A stretch of DNA of 64,000 bases, taken from Paraspadella gotoi. Taxonomy: Eukaryota; Animalia; Chaetognatha. The stretch covers positions 26,693,886-26,757,885 of the forward strand of contig CM119263.1 in NCBI GenBank assembly GCA_051294375.1, given 5' to 3'. The position numbers were made by a program, and so were the translations under genes. Numbering within the stretch: the first letter of the stretch is position 1; the number at the start of each line of letters is the position of its first letter. This document shows positions 1 through 12,322 of the stretch, piece after piece. Below the pieces are notes generated by a model. It worked only from the letters and a program-made list of their open reading frames with translations, did not search any database and was not told the origin of the DNA.

Positions 1-371
1 TTTAAGTTCTCCCTTTTTCTCATCTCTTTTTTTTTTCTCCAAAATCTGATTCTTTTGTTTCCTCAACCTCCAAGTAGTTTGCTTGGCTTCTTGGAGGGTG
101 GCGCTTCCGACCGCCTTTTCTTCTACCTCCCCCCACCCCCCCTCACCCCAAACGAGTCTGTCTATTTTCTCAAATCATTAGGCTCTCAGTATCAAACCCA
201 CGTGTTAGGCTAATTCTTTTTTCGTAGAGTTTGAGAATACCTTGTGTTTTTTTTTTCTGGTAAAAATTATGTTGCGTCTTTTGTTTTGATTTGAGAAGCA
301 ATCTACGTCCCGCCGCGCCTAGGATTTTCAGTAGCATCATCTCTTTTCTCTATCTTTTTCTCTCTTTTCCC

Positions 372-480
372 TTTTTAGTTGCGACGCGAGTACTCGCGGA
401 GCAACGCTATCAGTCACTTTTCGGTCGGTCGGTCCGTCGGTCGGTCCGGTCGGTATGTCTGTCCCATCGGTCTGTCCCAC
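372..480 (+). mobile_element. Probable 5' end of a non-autonomous Helentron/HINE (DINE-1-like) element; 3' end not resolved
   Basis: A T-run (372-376) is followed by GTTGC(378-382)..GCAAC(401-405) inverted repeats enclosing the perfect palindrome CGCGAGTACTCGCG (385-398), then GCTATCAGTCACTTTT and a (CGGT/CGTC)n microsatellite (422-453). T-run + subterminal hairpin + tetranucleotide microsatellite is the architecture of DINE-1/HINE elements (established knowledge). The family assignment is inference. Confidence 0.55.
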
Positions 481-1665
481 TTATGTTAAAAACGCTTATA
501 ACTTGCCTATAGTTTGTTGCTCATTTGTTAAAAATCAAATCTAAGCGACTACTGGTAGCGGTAGCCGACCAAATTCAAATTTTAATGGGAACAGCATTAA
601 ACTAATCCATTATTGGTATTAATTATTGTGTTAAAATATTTTTTTGCAAAAATGTTCCGAACCATGAGTAATTCGCTAATTAATATTATTATATTGCTAT
701 ATAATGTTAAAATTTTTTTTTTTATATTTTAAGTTTTTTAATTGATTCTGATAGAGCTTAAAAAGTTAAGCAAAAAATAATTACAACTTTTTAAAATTTT
801 GATGTTTTATACTAAAAATTAGTAAAAACTGCTAAAATCATCGGATGAGATGATGATGATGATTTTTTTAAGGTTTTTCTCAATTTTAAACCCACTTATC
901 ATCAAAATATTGAAAAAAGAATTATACTTTGTGTAGATAACTTTTCATAAGCTATTTGAATCTGCTTTTAAAAATAAAAAAATCAAAAAATATTTTGGAC
1001 ATTTCCTATCTATAAATAAATTTAAAAAATTAATTACTAATGCTTCTTGCCATTTTAGAAAATTTTGCTCCATTGAAAGTTTTCTCAGAAATGTAGAAGT
1101 TTCATTTGGAAAGGTTCCCAAATCAAACTTCTGACCCACCCCATTGACGAAGTTTGGCTCTACTACTGGCGCCTTTTGTTTTTAAAGAAATCTTATAAAC
1201 TATCAGCAATAAATGACATGATAAGTAAAAAGAAAGGTAACACCTTGGAATAACCGTTTTAGTCTATTTTAACTTTCCTCCTTTCAAAACTTTTCTTTTT
1301 TTCCCATTAATTGTCTTCTCTCCGAGCTATCGATATCCCTTTCATTTCCAAATTAATACCCCTTACTTCTTTTATCTCCTTTTCCCCTTCTTTTCCATTT
1401 TTCTTCTCTCACAATTCTCTCTTTTCCTTTTTTCTTTCATTTCTTTTCCTTTTAACTTTCTTTCTCCTTCTCTTTTTCTTTTCTTCTCCTCGACTTCCCT
1501 CGCGCCCATTTCTTTTGGCGCCGTTCCCTCCCCGGATTTTAACCCGCCTTTTTCTCGCTCGATTTAAGCGTCAGCCTCTTCACCCTTTTTGTAAACCAAT
1601 GTTTTTATGTCATCCGAATTTTCCTTCTTTTGGGAGGGGGTTTGACTTTAGCCCTCAATTCCATC

Positions 1666-1709
<44 letters not shown>

Positions 1710-1855
1710 AAGGGGGACGAATCTACAATTAAAATTTGGAGGCGCCAACTGATGACAAACTGCGCAAAGTTTGTCCTCCAGGAAGAACAAAGGAGCAACG
1801 ATTTCCAATTCAAATCGGGAAAAACTTTGGGTTCGGGACTTTTGGAAGTGAAAGG

Positions 1856-2003
1856 TCGTGATTGGGGAAAGGGAGGTTGTGATTGGGGAAAGAAAGGAGG
1901 TGATTGGTGAAAGAAAGGTTTTGATTTGGAAGGGAAAGGTCGTCATCGGGATTTGTGATTGGGAAAAGGAACGTTTTGATTGGTGAGTGAATGTTTGTGA
2001 TTT
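1856..2003 (+). repeat. Degenerate ~21-22 bp minisatellite (GTGATTGGGGAAAGGAGGTT-like)
   Basis: The TGATTGG/TGATTT core followed by purine runs recurs about 6-7 times. Confidence 0.6.
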
Positions 2004-2671
2004 TTGAAATAAGGATGTTGATCGTTAAAAGATATAGTAAAAGGAGGTGACTGCATGCAAACTTGTACATAAAATACGATAATAATTTTTTTTTAAATTT
2101 AATTTAATAGTTTGATCGGAATTATGCGTTAAAAAATTTAAAAAAAAACAGGGATTTCTCAGCGACAAAAAAGGTCTTGAATGGAAATTGAATTATTACG
2201 AATGGTCAATAAGAAAGCAGAGACGAGAAAAAAAAGAAAAAGGAAAAAAGGTGACAAATGGAAAACCGAAAGGTCGGGAATGGAGATGCGCGAATCACTT
2301 GGTGAGAGGCAAAGGTCTTGTGAATAAGCAGCAAAAGTGAGGATGGGAAGGAGAAAGAATTACGTGACGAGAGGAAAATGTCGACGTGACAAAAGGAGGA
2401 AAATCTTGTGTGACCCAACGAAAGACCACAATAGGCTGTAAGATGAAAAGTAAGCGAGAATGATTTTAAGCACTAACGTAGTAGTAAAATATTTGCCCGA
2501 GGATATGTTTTATTTTTTTAAATTTTACAATAATATATTTAAAATATACAATAAAGTAGTATTTTTTTTTATTTTAATTTCACTTTTTATTCTGTCTTTA
2601 ATTCCTCGTTTCTCCTTTTCTTTTTTACCTTCCTCCTTTTCCTCCCTTGGGTCAGAGGGTTCGAGTTGGAG

Positions 2672-2881
2672 GGTCACAGGTCACGGGGTAATCAGCGAAC
2701 TCTGCGGGACGCGTTGACGGGGAGTGTCACGGCGTGACGGTCGAGAGTCACGGTCTGTCCTGTTTGAGTCACTGCGTGACGGGCGAGTTACACGTGTTAC
2801 ACGAGAGTCATGGGGTGATTAGTTAGTGTTACGGAGTGACGGGCCGAGAGTCACGCCGTGATGGGCCGAGTGTCACCGCGT
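2672..2881 (+). repeat. Degenerate ~20-23 bp repeat array with internal palindrome GTCAC-N3-GTGAC
   Basis: About 8-9 units, e.g. GAGTGTCACGGCGTGACGG, GAGTCACTGCGTGACGGG, GTGTTACGGAGTGACGGG, GAGTCACGCCGTGATGGG. Confidence 0.7.
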
Positions 2882-3342
2882 TTCAAGCGAGAGTGGTCGC
2901 CTTGACGATGATGTCGCCGTCGGACGAGAGATCTCATCTGGGCGGATAAAATTATTCCTGATGCTCTACTATTATAGTTTGGATGTTAATTTTACTACTT
3001 ATACTTTTTTGTTATATCGCAAGAATATGCTGAGGCTAAGAATAGCATTATCAAGAGTCAGATATCCAAGCAAAATTTTTAAGATTATAAATTAGATTAG
3101 ATTGTATTAAATTAGATTAGACAAGCAGAGTGATAAGAGACAAAAGCCAAGTTTCTTGTATTAACAATTTATTTAGCGACATCCTAATTGATTTTAATAA
3201 TCACATATTCTTACTTCCGAAATCCTTGTCTTCTTTGTCGTCGTCGTCGTCGTCGTCGTCGTCCTCGGCCCATTCCGCGGCGCCATTACGCACTTCCAAT
3301 CTCCATTTCGACCGTGACGATCGTTGGCGCTCCAAGATTTCC

Positions 3343-3396
<54 letters not shown>

Positions 3397-3559
3397 ACTC
3401 TCTTTTCTTTCCATTTCTCTTTTTCCAACAGATTCTCATTTTAATTTTACATTTGAGTTATGACGAGAGAAAGAAGGAAAGAAGGAGTAAGAAGTAGGAA
3501 AAGAAAAGGGTAAAAAGAAAAGGAAAAGGATAAAGAAAATAAATTTGGGAAGAAGGTGG

Positions 3560-3900
3560 AGATGAAGAGGAGGAGCGAGGACTAAATGAAAAGGAAATGA
3601 AAAGGAGGAGCGAGGACAAAATGAAGAGAAGGAGCAAGAAGGAAATGAAAAGGAAATAAAGAGAAGAAGCAAAAAGGAAATGGAAAGGAAATAAAGAGAA
3701 GGAGCAGGAAAGAAATTAAGACTCTTATTGAAGAGGACCGGCGAGAAGGAAATGAAAAGGAAAAGAAGAGAAGGAGCAAGAAAGAGAAATGAAAAAGAAA
3801 AAATGAAAAATGAAAAAGGAAATGAAAAGGAAATGAATAGGAGGAACCAGAAGGAAATGAAGAGAATCGGCGAGAAGGAAATGAAGAGAAGGAGCGAGAG
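3560..3900 (+). repeat. Degenerate purine-rich minisatellite (GAAGGAAATGAAAAGG / GAGAAGGAGC units)
   Basis: GGAAATGAA and GAAGGAGC motifs recur; the overlapping ORFs are low-complexity K/E/R or F/S/L translations. Confidence 0.6.
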
Positions 3901-5057
3901 GATCATTCAAAACGAGATGGCGCTCGTAAAAAAAGTTGGAGGCGCCGCCCCCCTACCGGGCCGGCGAAGGCGAAAAGGTTCAACGTCCGGATCTTGTGAC
4001 ATTCTTTACATATTAAAATATATATATTCGTTTTATGTCAGACGTGAGTTCCTAAGGTTTCGTCACACGCATCTTCAGCTCAGTTTTAACAACTTTTACG
4101 CAACTATTTGGAAATTAACAATGATAGTAAAACCCAGTTTTCGCTTTCACTTTATTACCTAATTACAAAATCATTTCCAGAAAGAAAACGACTCCGAAAG
4201 ACTTTTTCTTCTAATTCAAATTCCTCCTTAAATTCCTCATCGACAGCCGAGTCTCACCTTACCTCTTCTTAAATCTCCCCGGATGTAAGCTACTTACCTT
4301 AAAACCGGGATGTTAGTCGCTTAGCCTACTCTGTCTGAACCCCTCATCACCTGGGAGACGGCAATCTCGGCGTCGGTCTTCCCCCCGCCCTAGTTTTGGC
4401 GTTGGCGTTGTCCTCTGGGTCGGTTGGCGCGGTCGGTTACAATTTTTTTTGGCGCAGTTTTTATAAAGGTTTTTTATAGTCACCAAGATCTTTGAATTAC
4501 CACAGTCGAACTAATGCATTAGTATTTAAGATTGAGTTTACATTTCATCTCAAACAAACGCGCTCAATAGTATTTTTTTTTTTTGTGAATATATGTGTCA
4601 AAATGACGCTCATCTAACAAATTTTACCCATTTCACAAAACAATTTTCCTTCACGAAAATCTCCGATTAGTATAGCCTACTTGTAAATTATCAGTAATCA
4701 ATTACACAATTGAATAACTTACATTCGTATCCCAACTTTTCAACCCATTTCTCTCAAACTCTCTCCTTCTTCGCCAACAGGAAACAGAGAACGCAGATCT
4801 CACTCTCCTCTCTTTGTCTTCTATCTCCTTTTTTCCTTTCTTTTTCCTTTTTTTTATTTTCCTTTTCCTCCTTTCGGTTTCCTTTTGTCTGGGAGAATTC
4901 GGTTCCTTGACGAATGGAACGATGACCAATAAAATTCCATCGTTTTCTAGATCGAGCATAAATCAATTCTTCTTTTTTTTCGGCTGCGGGAGCTAAACCG
5001 CCATTTCTCTCTTCTCTCTTTCTTTCTTTCTCTTTCGCGGGAGAGCTTCATTCATAA

Positions 5058-5156
<99 letters not shown>

Positions 5157-5233
5157 CTCTTCTCTTTTCCCTCTCCTCGCAATCCATTTCTCGAATTAAC
5201 GACTTCTTTGTTCATTTGTTTCGTGGTCGACTA

Positions 5234-5270
<37 letters not shown>

Positions 5271-6957
5271 AGTACATTTCGCCGTCGTCCTTGAAAGAAA
5301 AGAGATGACGTCCTCGGAATGGTTTTGCGGGCGACAAAGGAAGGAGATCGGCCGGTGGGAGGAAGGGGGAAGAAATTGAGTGAGGAAGCGGGTGAGTTTA
5401 TAGTCGTGAACAATTGGATTGGGTGATTGGGTCCTTTTGTTTCACATCCAATTTGACAGAGGGCGTAAACGATGGCTTTTTAGAAAATGTGAATACCCGA
5501 CGATCGATTCCTTTCACTCTTTCGTTCACTTCGACGTTTTCGACGATTCCGTTTGTTCTTCACTTTAATTTTCTTTTTCTATTCATTCGTTTACTGGTTT
5601 ATTCATTCACAACTTCCCTCGTTCACCGCGTCGTTCGTTCACTGAGTCACAAGTTTCCTTCTCTTTCGAATCCGAAAAACTGGTTTTTTTTTCTCTCTCT
5701 CTCACCAAACCGCTTCGCTGATCCCCAGATGACTGGGACGACCTTTCGAGTGAAACCCAATTAATTTATTCAATTTTCGTCAACTGCGGACGAATTCGTC
5801 ACAAAACTTAACTAGGCGAGACATTTATATACGTTATACTAAACGAAGGATTTGAGAAAGTTTAAACGATTTCGAATTAAACGATTGACGGTACAGAAGG
5901 GAAAGGCATGTTACGTAAGAAAGGATGTATCTTCTTTTCTCGCTGCGAAAAGGAAAAAAATAAAGTGAGAAATATAAAAAAGAAAAAATTGCAGAAAGAG
6001 AAATAGCAAAAATGAATTTTTAAAAAGAAGAAGAAAAAGAAGAAAAAGAAGAAGAAGAAAAAGAAGAAGAAGCTTCTCAGCCAAATCGTTCCTTTTTTTT
6101 CCCCGACCTGTCAACTCACCAAAGTTATTATTGAAGGTCATTTCTGGGAAAATTGTTTGAGACTCTGGGTTTTCTCGGTCGAATTGGTTCCGTCCCGACA
6201 CGCCCCCTTTTCTTTGGGGCTTCTAGGGGGCGGAGGGAGGGGGTGGGGGCGGTCACCGGCGGTCTGGATATGATTTATCATTTCGGTTCAAATATTTTTC
6301 TTTTATTTTAAAGAGTAAAGAGAGAAGAGGACGGAGAGGATAGAAAAAGCGGCGATGTCAAAGACGTGAAAAGGTGTGAGGATCCAAGGATAAAATAAGA
6401 AATTCAAATTTTCTTAAATTAAAAGTTTAAATAAAAGGCGGAAATTAATGAAAATTAAGATTCGCGAAAAAAAGAAATGTAAAGAGCCAAAGACAAAAAA
6501 AAAAACATCAGAAGAAAACAACAAAGGGAATGAAAAAAAGAAAAGGTAATTCCGCGAAACTCGTGAGACCCGAAATAAAATAAAGAAAAGGAAGAAAAAA
6601 AAGGAAAAGGTAAGGAAAAGGTGAGTTCGTGACCCGGGGAGTGATTTTTCGCTAGTAGGAGACTTGCCGACGAGGAAAGATAGAAGCGAGAAGGGGAAAA
6701 AGCCACAAAAAAAAGAGGGGCGGGGCAAAGGAAGGAAAGAAACAAAACAGAGGAAGGAATAAAAATAAACTACAAAGAAATCTGATACGAGGATGACTTG
6801 AGAGCAGACGAAGCTGAACAAATTGTTTTGATTATTTACAGTAGTGACAAATAACGACTGTTTCTTATTGGAAATAAAAACAATTAATAAAAAAAGAAAA
6901 TATCGCTTCAATCAGACGGAAAAAAGTGTAGAAGCGCAGCTCTAGAATCACATAACA

Positions 6958-7012
6958 ATGCGGCGAACCGTCGAGAAAATGCGACGAACCGCTGGGAAAA
7001 TGCGGCGAACTC
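6958..7012 (+). repeat. 21-bp tandem repeat, ~3 copies (ATGCGGCGAACCGNNGNGAAA)
   Basis: ATGCGGCGAACC, ATGCGACGAACC and ATGCGGCGAACT occur at 21-bp spacing. Confidence 0.7.
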
Positions 7013-7895
7013 GTAGGGGGGGTATATTTGCGGCGAAATTTCCGTTTTCGTTCGCCGTTTTTTTTTTTCATCCCGGATTCTGGATTTCGCACGAATGCGT
7101 CGCCATTGATGAATTTAATGAGGAAGGAAGAAAAACCGGATGGGGGGGGGGAATGATAGGAGTTGGGGGGAGAAAGGGAAAGGGGGTTGAGATGGGGATG
7201 AGATGTGAGGTGTTATTCAAGTTATATTGAGTTTGCGCGATATATTGATCGAAAACAGATTATTTTTTTTTTGTGGAGAAAAGACGAAAAAGTAATAAAA
7301 ATCTGGAACAAAAAGCGTCAATTAAAAAAGTCTTACAACACCTGGTCACGCGTGAAATCTAAAAAAGCTAAAGACATGTAAGATTTGAAGGAAAATTTAA
7401 CAAAGTGGAAAAAAAAAGGAAAGAAAAAGAGAAGAAAAGAAAAAGAGATGAAAAAGAGATGAAATAAAAATAGGAGGCAAAATTTGGGAAAGTGAGATGA
7501 AAAAGAGAGAAAAAAAAGGCGGAAAATTGGAAGCGGAAAATAAGAAAGAAGAAAAAAATGACGACGACGACGACGACGACACGACGACTTTTTTATTCTC
7601 CTTTTGTTTTCGAAATCCAAGAACACAACTCGTAACGTGGGATCATAAAATCCTCGTCGCACTTTTCGCAACAAGAGATTTCACAACTTGCCTAAAAAAA
7701 AGAAGAAAAAAAAAGAATTCGAACGTTGGGTGGATTCAAAAAAGAAGCAATCTTACAAAAGCGTGCAATGGAAATTCTTGGCTCCTTGTAGGTGAAACCT
7801 TTGGACTGCAGATATGCGCCTTAGTCGAGGATTACAAACTTTCCTTCTTTTCTTTTCTTTTTTTCTCTTTTTCTTTTCTTTTCTTTTTTTTCTCT

Positions 7896-7960
7896 TTCTA
7901 TTCTATTCTATTCTATTCTATTCTATTCTATTCTATTCTATTCTATTCTATTCTATTCTA
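7896..7960 (+). repeat. (TTCTA)n microsatellite
   Basis: About 13 perfect pentamer copies, read directly. Confidence 0.95.
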
Positions 7961-10438
7961 CAGTATACTTTTCTTTTCTTTTCGTTTCGTTTCGTTGAAT
8001 TTTTGTGTATTTTAAATCAAATCACCTTCAGTTGTCTCCCCAAAGATTAAAAAGGCCATTCACCTCGTACGAGCTCAAGATTTATCATCGTCATCATCTT
8101 CGTCATCATCATCACCATCGTCTTCTCTGTTTGTTTTCGTTTCTCCTCGTTACTCTTTATGTTTTTGTTTTGTTTTTTCCTCATCGTTGGGTTTTCTTGT
8201 CGGGGTCGACGAAGAACGACAACGATGTTGAAGACAACGACGCTGCCGTTGACGATGACAACGACGAAGACGACGACGATGACAAAGATGAAGACGACGA
8301 CGAAAACGACGAAGACGATGTCAGGATTATTCTTGTAAAAATTGAATGGCTCATGCCGTTAACCACGAATAGAGTGGAAAACAATATCAAAGATTGTGTA
8401 CGGTAAGCAAAAGAACAACATTCACTCTTATATTAACGATATTAATATAAGACGACGACGACAACGCCGGCGATGACGACGACGACGATAAATACGACGA
8501 CGAAGACGACGAATACGACGATGATCATAAGAATTGGGAGAATCCTTCTTTCCTCGATTATTTCTCATCCAAAATTCTCTTTTTTTTTTACGATCGAAAT
8601 CGAAATAAAAACTCAAACGAAACGGATACAGTTGAGCTCTTTTTTTTTTGGGGGGGGGGCAGAAAATCGCAATCGGAAGGAGAGAAAGTGGATGAGAAGT
8701 GAGAGTGAGAAGTGAAAGTGATTTGAAATGAGATAAGAGAAAAAGAGAGAAAGACATGATGAGTGCAAAGCGTGAGCGATTAAAACAGAAGTTGAAAAGA
8801 GTTGAGAATGTTGAGAGTATTAGAACGAATACGAGATGTAACTAGTCAATTGTGTTGAGTTTATTGCTTTACATCCCTAAGAATCGTTAAATTAGCTTTT
8901 TAGGGGAATTAGCTATTTACTACTCGAGCCATTCTTGTGAGAGGGTGAATCGTCTTATTGGCCGTCGTCGTCGTCGTTCTTGTCGTCTTAATGGTCGTCT
9001 TCGTTGTGGTTCCTTGTTTACGTCCAACTTCACGAAACAACCTCCGGCAATCTGGTCATTAGCAGTGGCGCTTTTATCGTCCTCGTTTTCTCCGCCCAAC
9101 TCCATTCTGTTTCCCTGTTTTTTTGTTTTTTTGTTTCTTTGTTTGTGTTTTGTTCTTTTTTAGAAAGCAAGGCAAGCTCAAGAGCTTGTTGACTGATGGT
9201 TACCAGTTGAGGTAATTATTTCAACTGACTCAGTCGCTTGGTTCCCATTTATTTTATTTGAAACGCTCGATAATTTTTGAATTTTTTTTAGTTTAATCAA
9301 TGGTAACTTTACATTTCAACTTTCTTTATCGTGCTAAAGTTCGTTTTCTTGTCATTACCAAAGTTGTCAACTAATCGATTGATAAATATCTTTTAAATTA
9401 AAAAAAAACGAAAAAGTTAAAAATTTTGGTTAAAATTTTTGACCTTTTTTGTTCGTTGTTGTTGTTATTAAAAAAAGAAAAGGGCGAGGCGAACGAGAGA
9501 AGTGAGACAAATTAAGTGAAAGACAAGTTGAAATATTTTTTAAAAATTGAGAGGCGCTAAAATTCATCTTTGAAGGCAGAAAAGTTTAAAAGATTCTTCG
9601 TCAATTAGTTCAGACGATTTTGTTGATTAAATTTAATACAAAAACGAATTAAATAGAAAAGGCGGTCTGTCTTTCTTCAAGAAGGAAAATTCAGACAGTC
9701 ATAGAAAATTGTCACGAATGATATAATGATTTAAAAAATAAGGAAAATTTTAATTTGTCTTTTGGTTGTTTTTTTTTTTTTAGAAGCGAAACAAAACGAT
9801 GACGGTAAAACCGAACTGTCATTTTTTTTTTCAAAAACAACGCAAACCGAAAGAATGGGTGAACCGATGTAAAGAAAAAACAGCTTGGAAAAAACCGAGA
9901 AGCGTCGTAAAACGTTTACTGTGGTGTTTTTTCTCATAACCGACAACGCACATGTCTCGCTCTCTCTCTCTCTCTCACGCTTATTCTTAGAAAGCCAATA
10001 CTCGCCCAGACAAAAACATATTCTCCAAAATTTAATCGACTTACTTTTTGATTGAATTTTTTTCAGCAGATCCGGTTTTGTGTTTCTCGGCAGTTGTTTT
10101 ATTGGTTGTTTTTTGTTGTTTTTTATTATTTAAAAATATATTGGAATTTGAAGATGATAAGGTTTAAGTTAGAAGCCTTCTTCGTCGTTATCGTCGTCGT
10201 CGTTATCGTCGTCGGAGTTTGAGAAGACACGAGTTTTAAACCGAGAAAAAAAATATCAAGAAAATGAAAATATCTTTTCTTCTTTTATTTTTTGAAGGAA
10301 ATCAGACGAAATTCCTTTTCTTCGAAGTTTTGTTTATTTACTTTTTTGTCTACTGTCTTTTTTTGTATCGAATACTAAACACTGAATTTGTTTGTTGTTC
10401 GAGACTGATGCGCATGGATTTCGGTTGATAGTCTGGTT

Positions 10439-10509
<71 letters not shown>

Positions 10510-11340
10510 CTATTTCCACCAAGAGTCCTTTGCCCGCGCTTCAGTTTCTCCGAGTAGCGTAAACGAAAGCGGATATTAAGTTTCTAAACATCCTTCATGA
10601 CTGAAGTTTTAACTCTCTTACGATATTCTGTGTCGGTACAGTTTCGCCCAGAGCCTGTTACTTGAATATGGCAGCTCAGACGACGGAGGAAGATTTAAAT
10701 ACGAATGGCGGGACCGGGCAGAGAATCATATATCATCCTTCGATAATAAAGAAAACAAACTTATGAGCTCATGATTTTTGTCGGATGTCAGTTTTTGTTG
10801 TTATTGTAATAATGTTTATTTTGATGAAAGTCTGTACACTTTTTGATAACGAGATATCGCTCTCTCTCTCTTTCTCTCTGTTTGAATTATAGAACAATGA
10901 TTTTGTTTCGGTGAAAATTATTTGTTTCTTTGTTTGCAAATAATTCATTTGAAAAAGACTAAAATATTTTTTTTCAAACGATGAAGAATCACATTATGAA
11001 AAAATCATAAAAATAAAATAAATTAATGGATAATTTTTATATTGGTTGTACCAATTTCATTAATTATGTAATTAGAAGATCAGCTAAAAAGAAACAAAAG
11101 TATTAAGCACCCGGCGATACAGGCGCTCTAAAGTATTATTTTCTTTACGAAATACCTGATTAGTCTGTCACTTGTTTAAATTTCAGAGGAATATTTTTTT
11201 AACTAATTCAATTTTACTTATAAAATAAAATGATCGATTCTTTTTTCTATTGTCGATTTCTCTTTCAATTGAATTTTTTCGATCCCTCGATCTTCCGCCT
11301 TCTTCTCCCGCCAAAAGGCCCCGGCCGACCTCGGATCGAA

Positions 11341-11371
<31 letters not shown>

Positions 11372-11373
11372 GA

Positions 11374-12180
11374 NNNNNNNNNNNNNNNNNNNNNNNNNNN
11401 NNNNNNNNNNNNNNNNNNNNNNNNNNNNNNNNNNNNNNNNNNNNNNNNNNNNNNNNNNNNNNNNNNNNNNNNNNNNNNNNNNNNNNNNNNNNNNNNNNNN
11501 NNNNNNNNNNNNNNNNNNNNNNNNNNNNNNNNNNNNNNNNNNNNNNNNNNNNNNNNNNNNNNNNNNNNNNNNNNNNNNNNNNNNNNNNNNNNNNNNNNNN
11601 NNNNNNNNNNNNNNNNNNNNNNNNNNNNNNNNNNNNNNNNNNNNNNNNNNNNNNNNNNNNNNNNNNNNNNNNNNNNNNNNNNNNNNNNNNNNNNNNNNNN
11701 NNNNNNNNNNNNNNNNNNNNNNNNNNNNNNNNNNNNNNNNNNNNNNNNNNNNNNNNNNNNNNNNNNNNNNNNNNNNNNNNNNNNNNNNNNNNNNNNNNNN
11801 NNNNNNNNNNNNNNNNNNNNNNNNNNNNNNNNNNNNNNNNNNNNNNNNNNNNNNNNNNNNNNNNNNNNNNNNNNNNNNNNNNNNNNNNNNNNNNNNNNNN
11901 NNNNNNNNNNNNNNNNNNNNNNNNNNNNNNNNNNNNNNNNNNNNNNNNNNNNNNNNNNNNNNNNNNNNNNNNNNNNNNNNNNNNNNNNNNNNNNNNNNNN
12001 NNNNNNNNNNNNNNNNNNNNNNNNNNNNNNNNNNNNNNNNNNNNNNNNNNNNNNNNNNNNNNNNNNNNNNNNNNNNNNNNNNNNNNNNNNNNNNNNNNNN
12101 NNNNNNNNNNNNNNNNNNNNNNNNNNNNNNNNNNNNNNNNNNNNNNNNNNNNNNNNNNNNNNNNNNNNNNNNNNNNNNNN
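11374..12180. other. Largest assembly gap; others at 17607, 20074, 38089, 42494, 44357, 45608, 45679, 46419, 49695, 53712, 54401, 54951, 55935, 58745, 60471, 61372, 63649
   Basis: Runs of N. Many abut microsatellites, and exons could be hidden in them. Confidence 1.
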
Positions 12181-12291
12181 AGTCGGATGGAGGGGTGTGC
12201 GTGGGAAGGGTTGCAAAAAGAGGTGATGGAGAATGAAAGAGGTTGTTCGGTAAGTGAGGGAAAAAGCGAATATTGAGAGAGGGGGACGGAG

Positions 12292-12322
<31 letters not shown>

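Noticed and set aside
8326-8402. Peptide IILVKIEWLMPLTTNRVENN before a CG|GTAAGC donor, superficially like an FN3 W-x-x-P strand
   Set aside because: It lacks the rest of the FN3 pattern (no G-x-I-x-x-Y), has no pyrimidine tract at the nearest AG, and is preceded by a GAC microsatellite.
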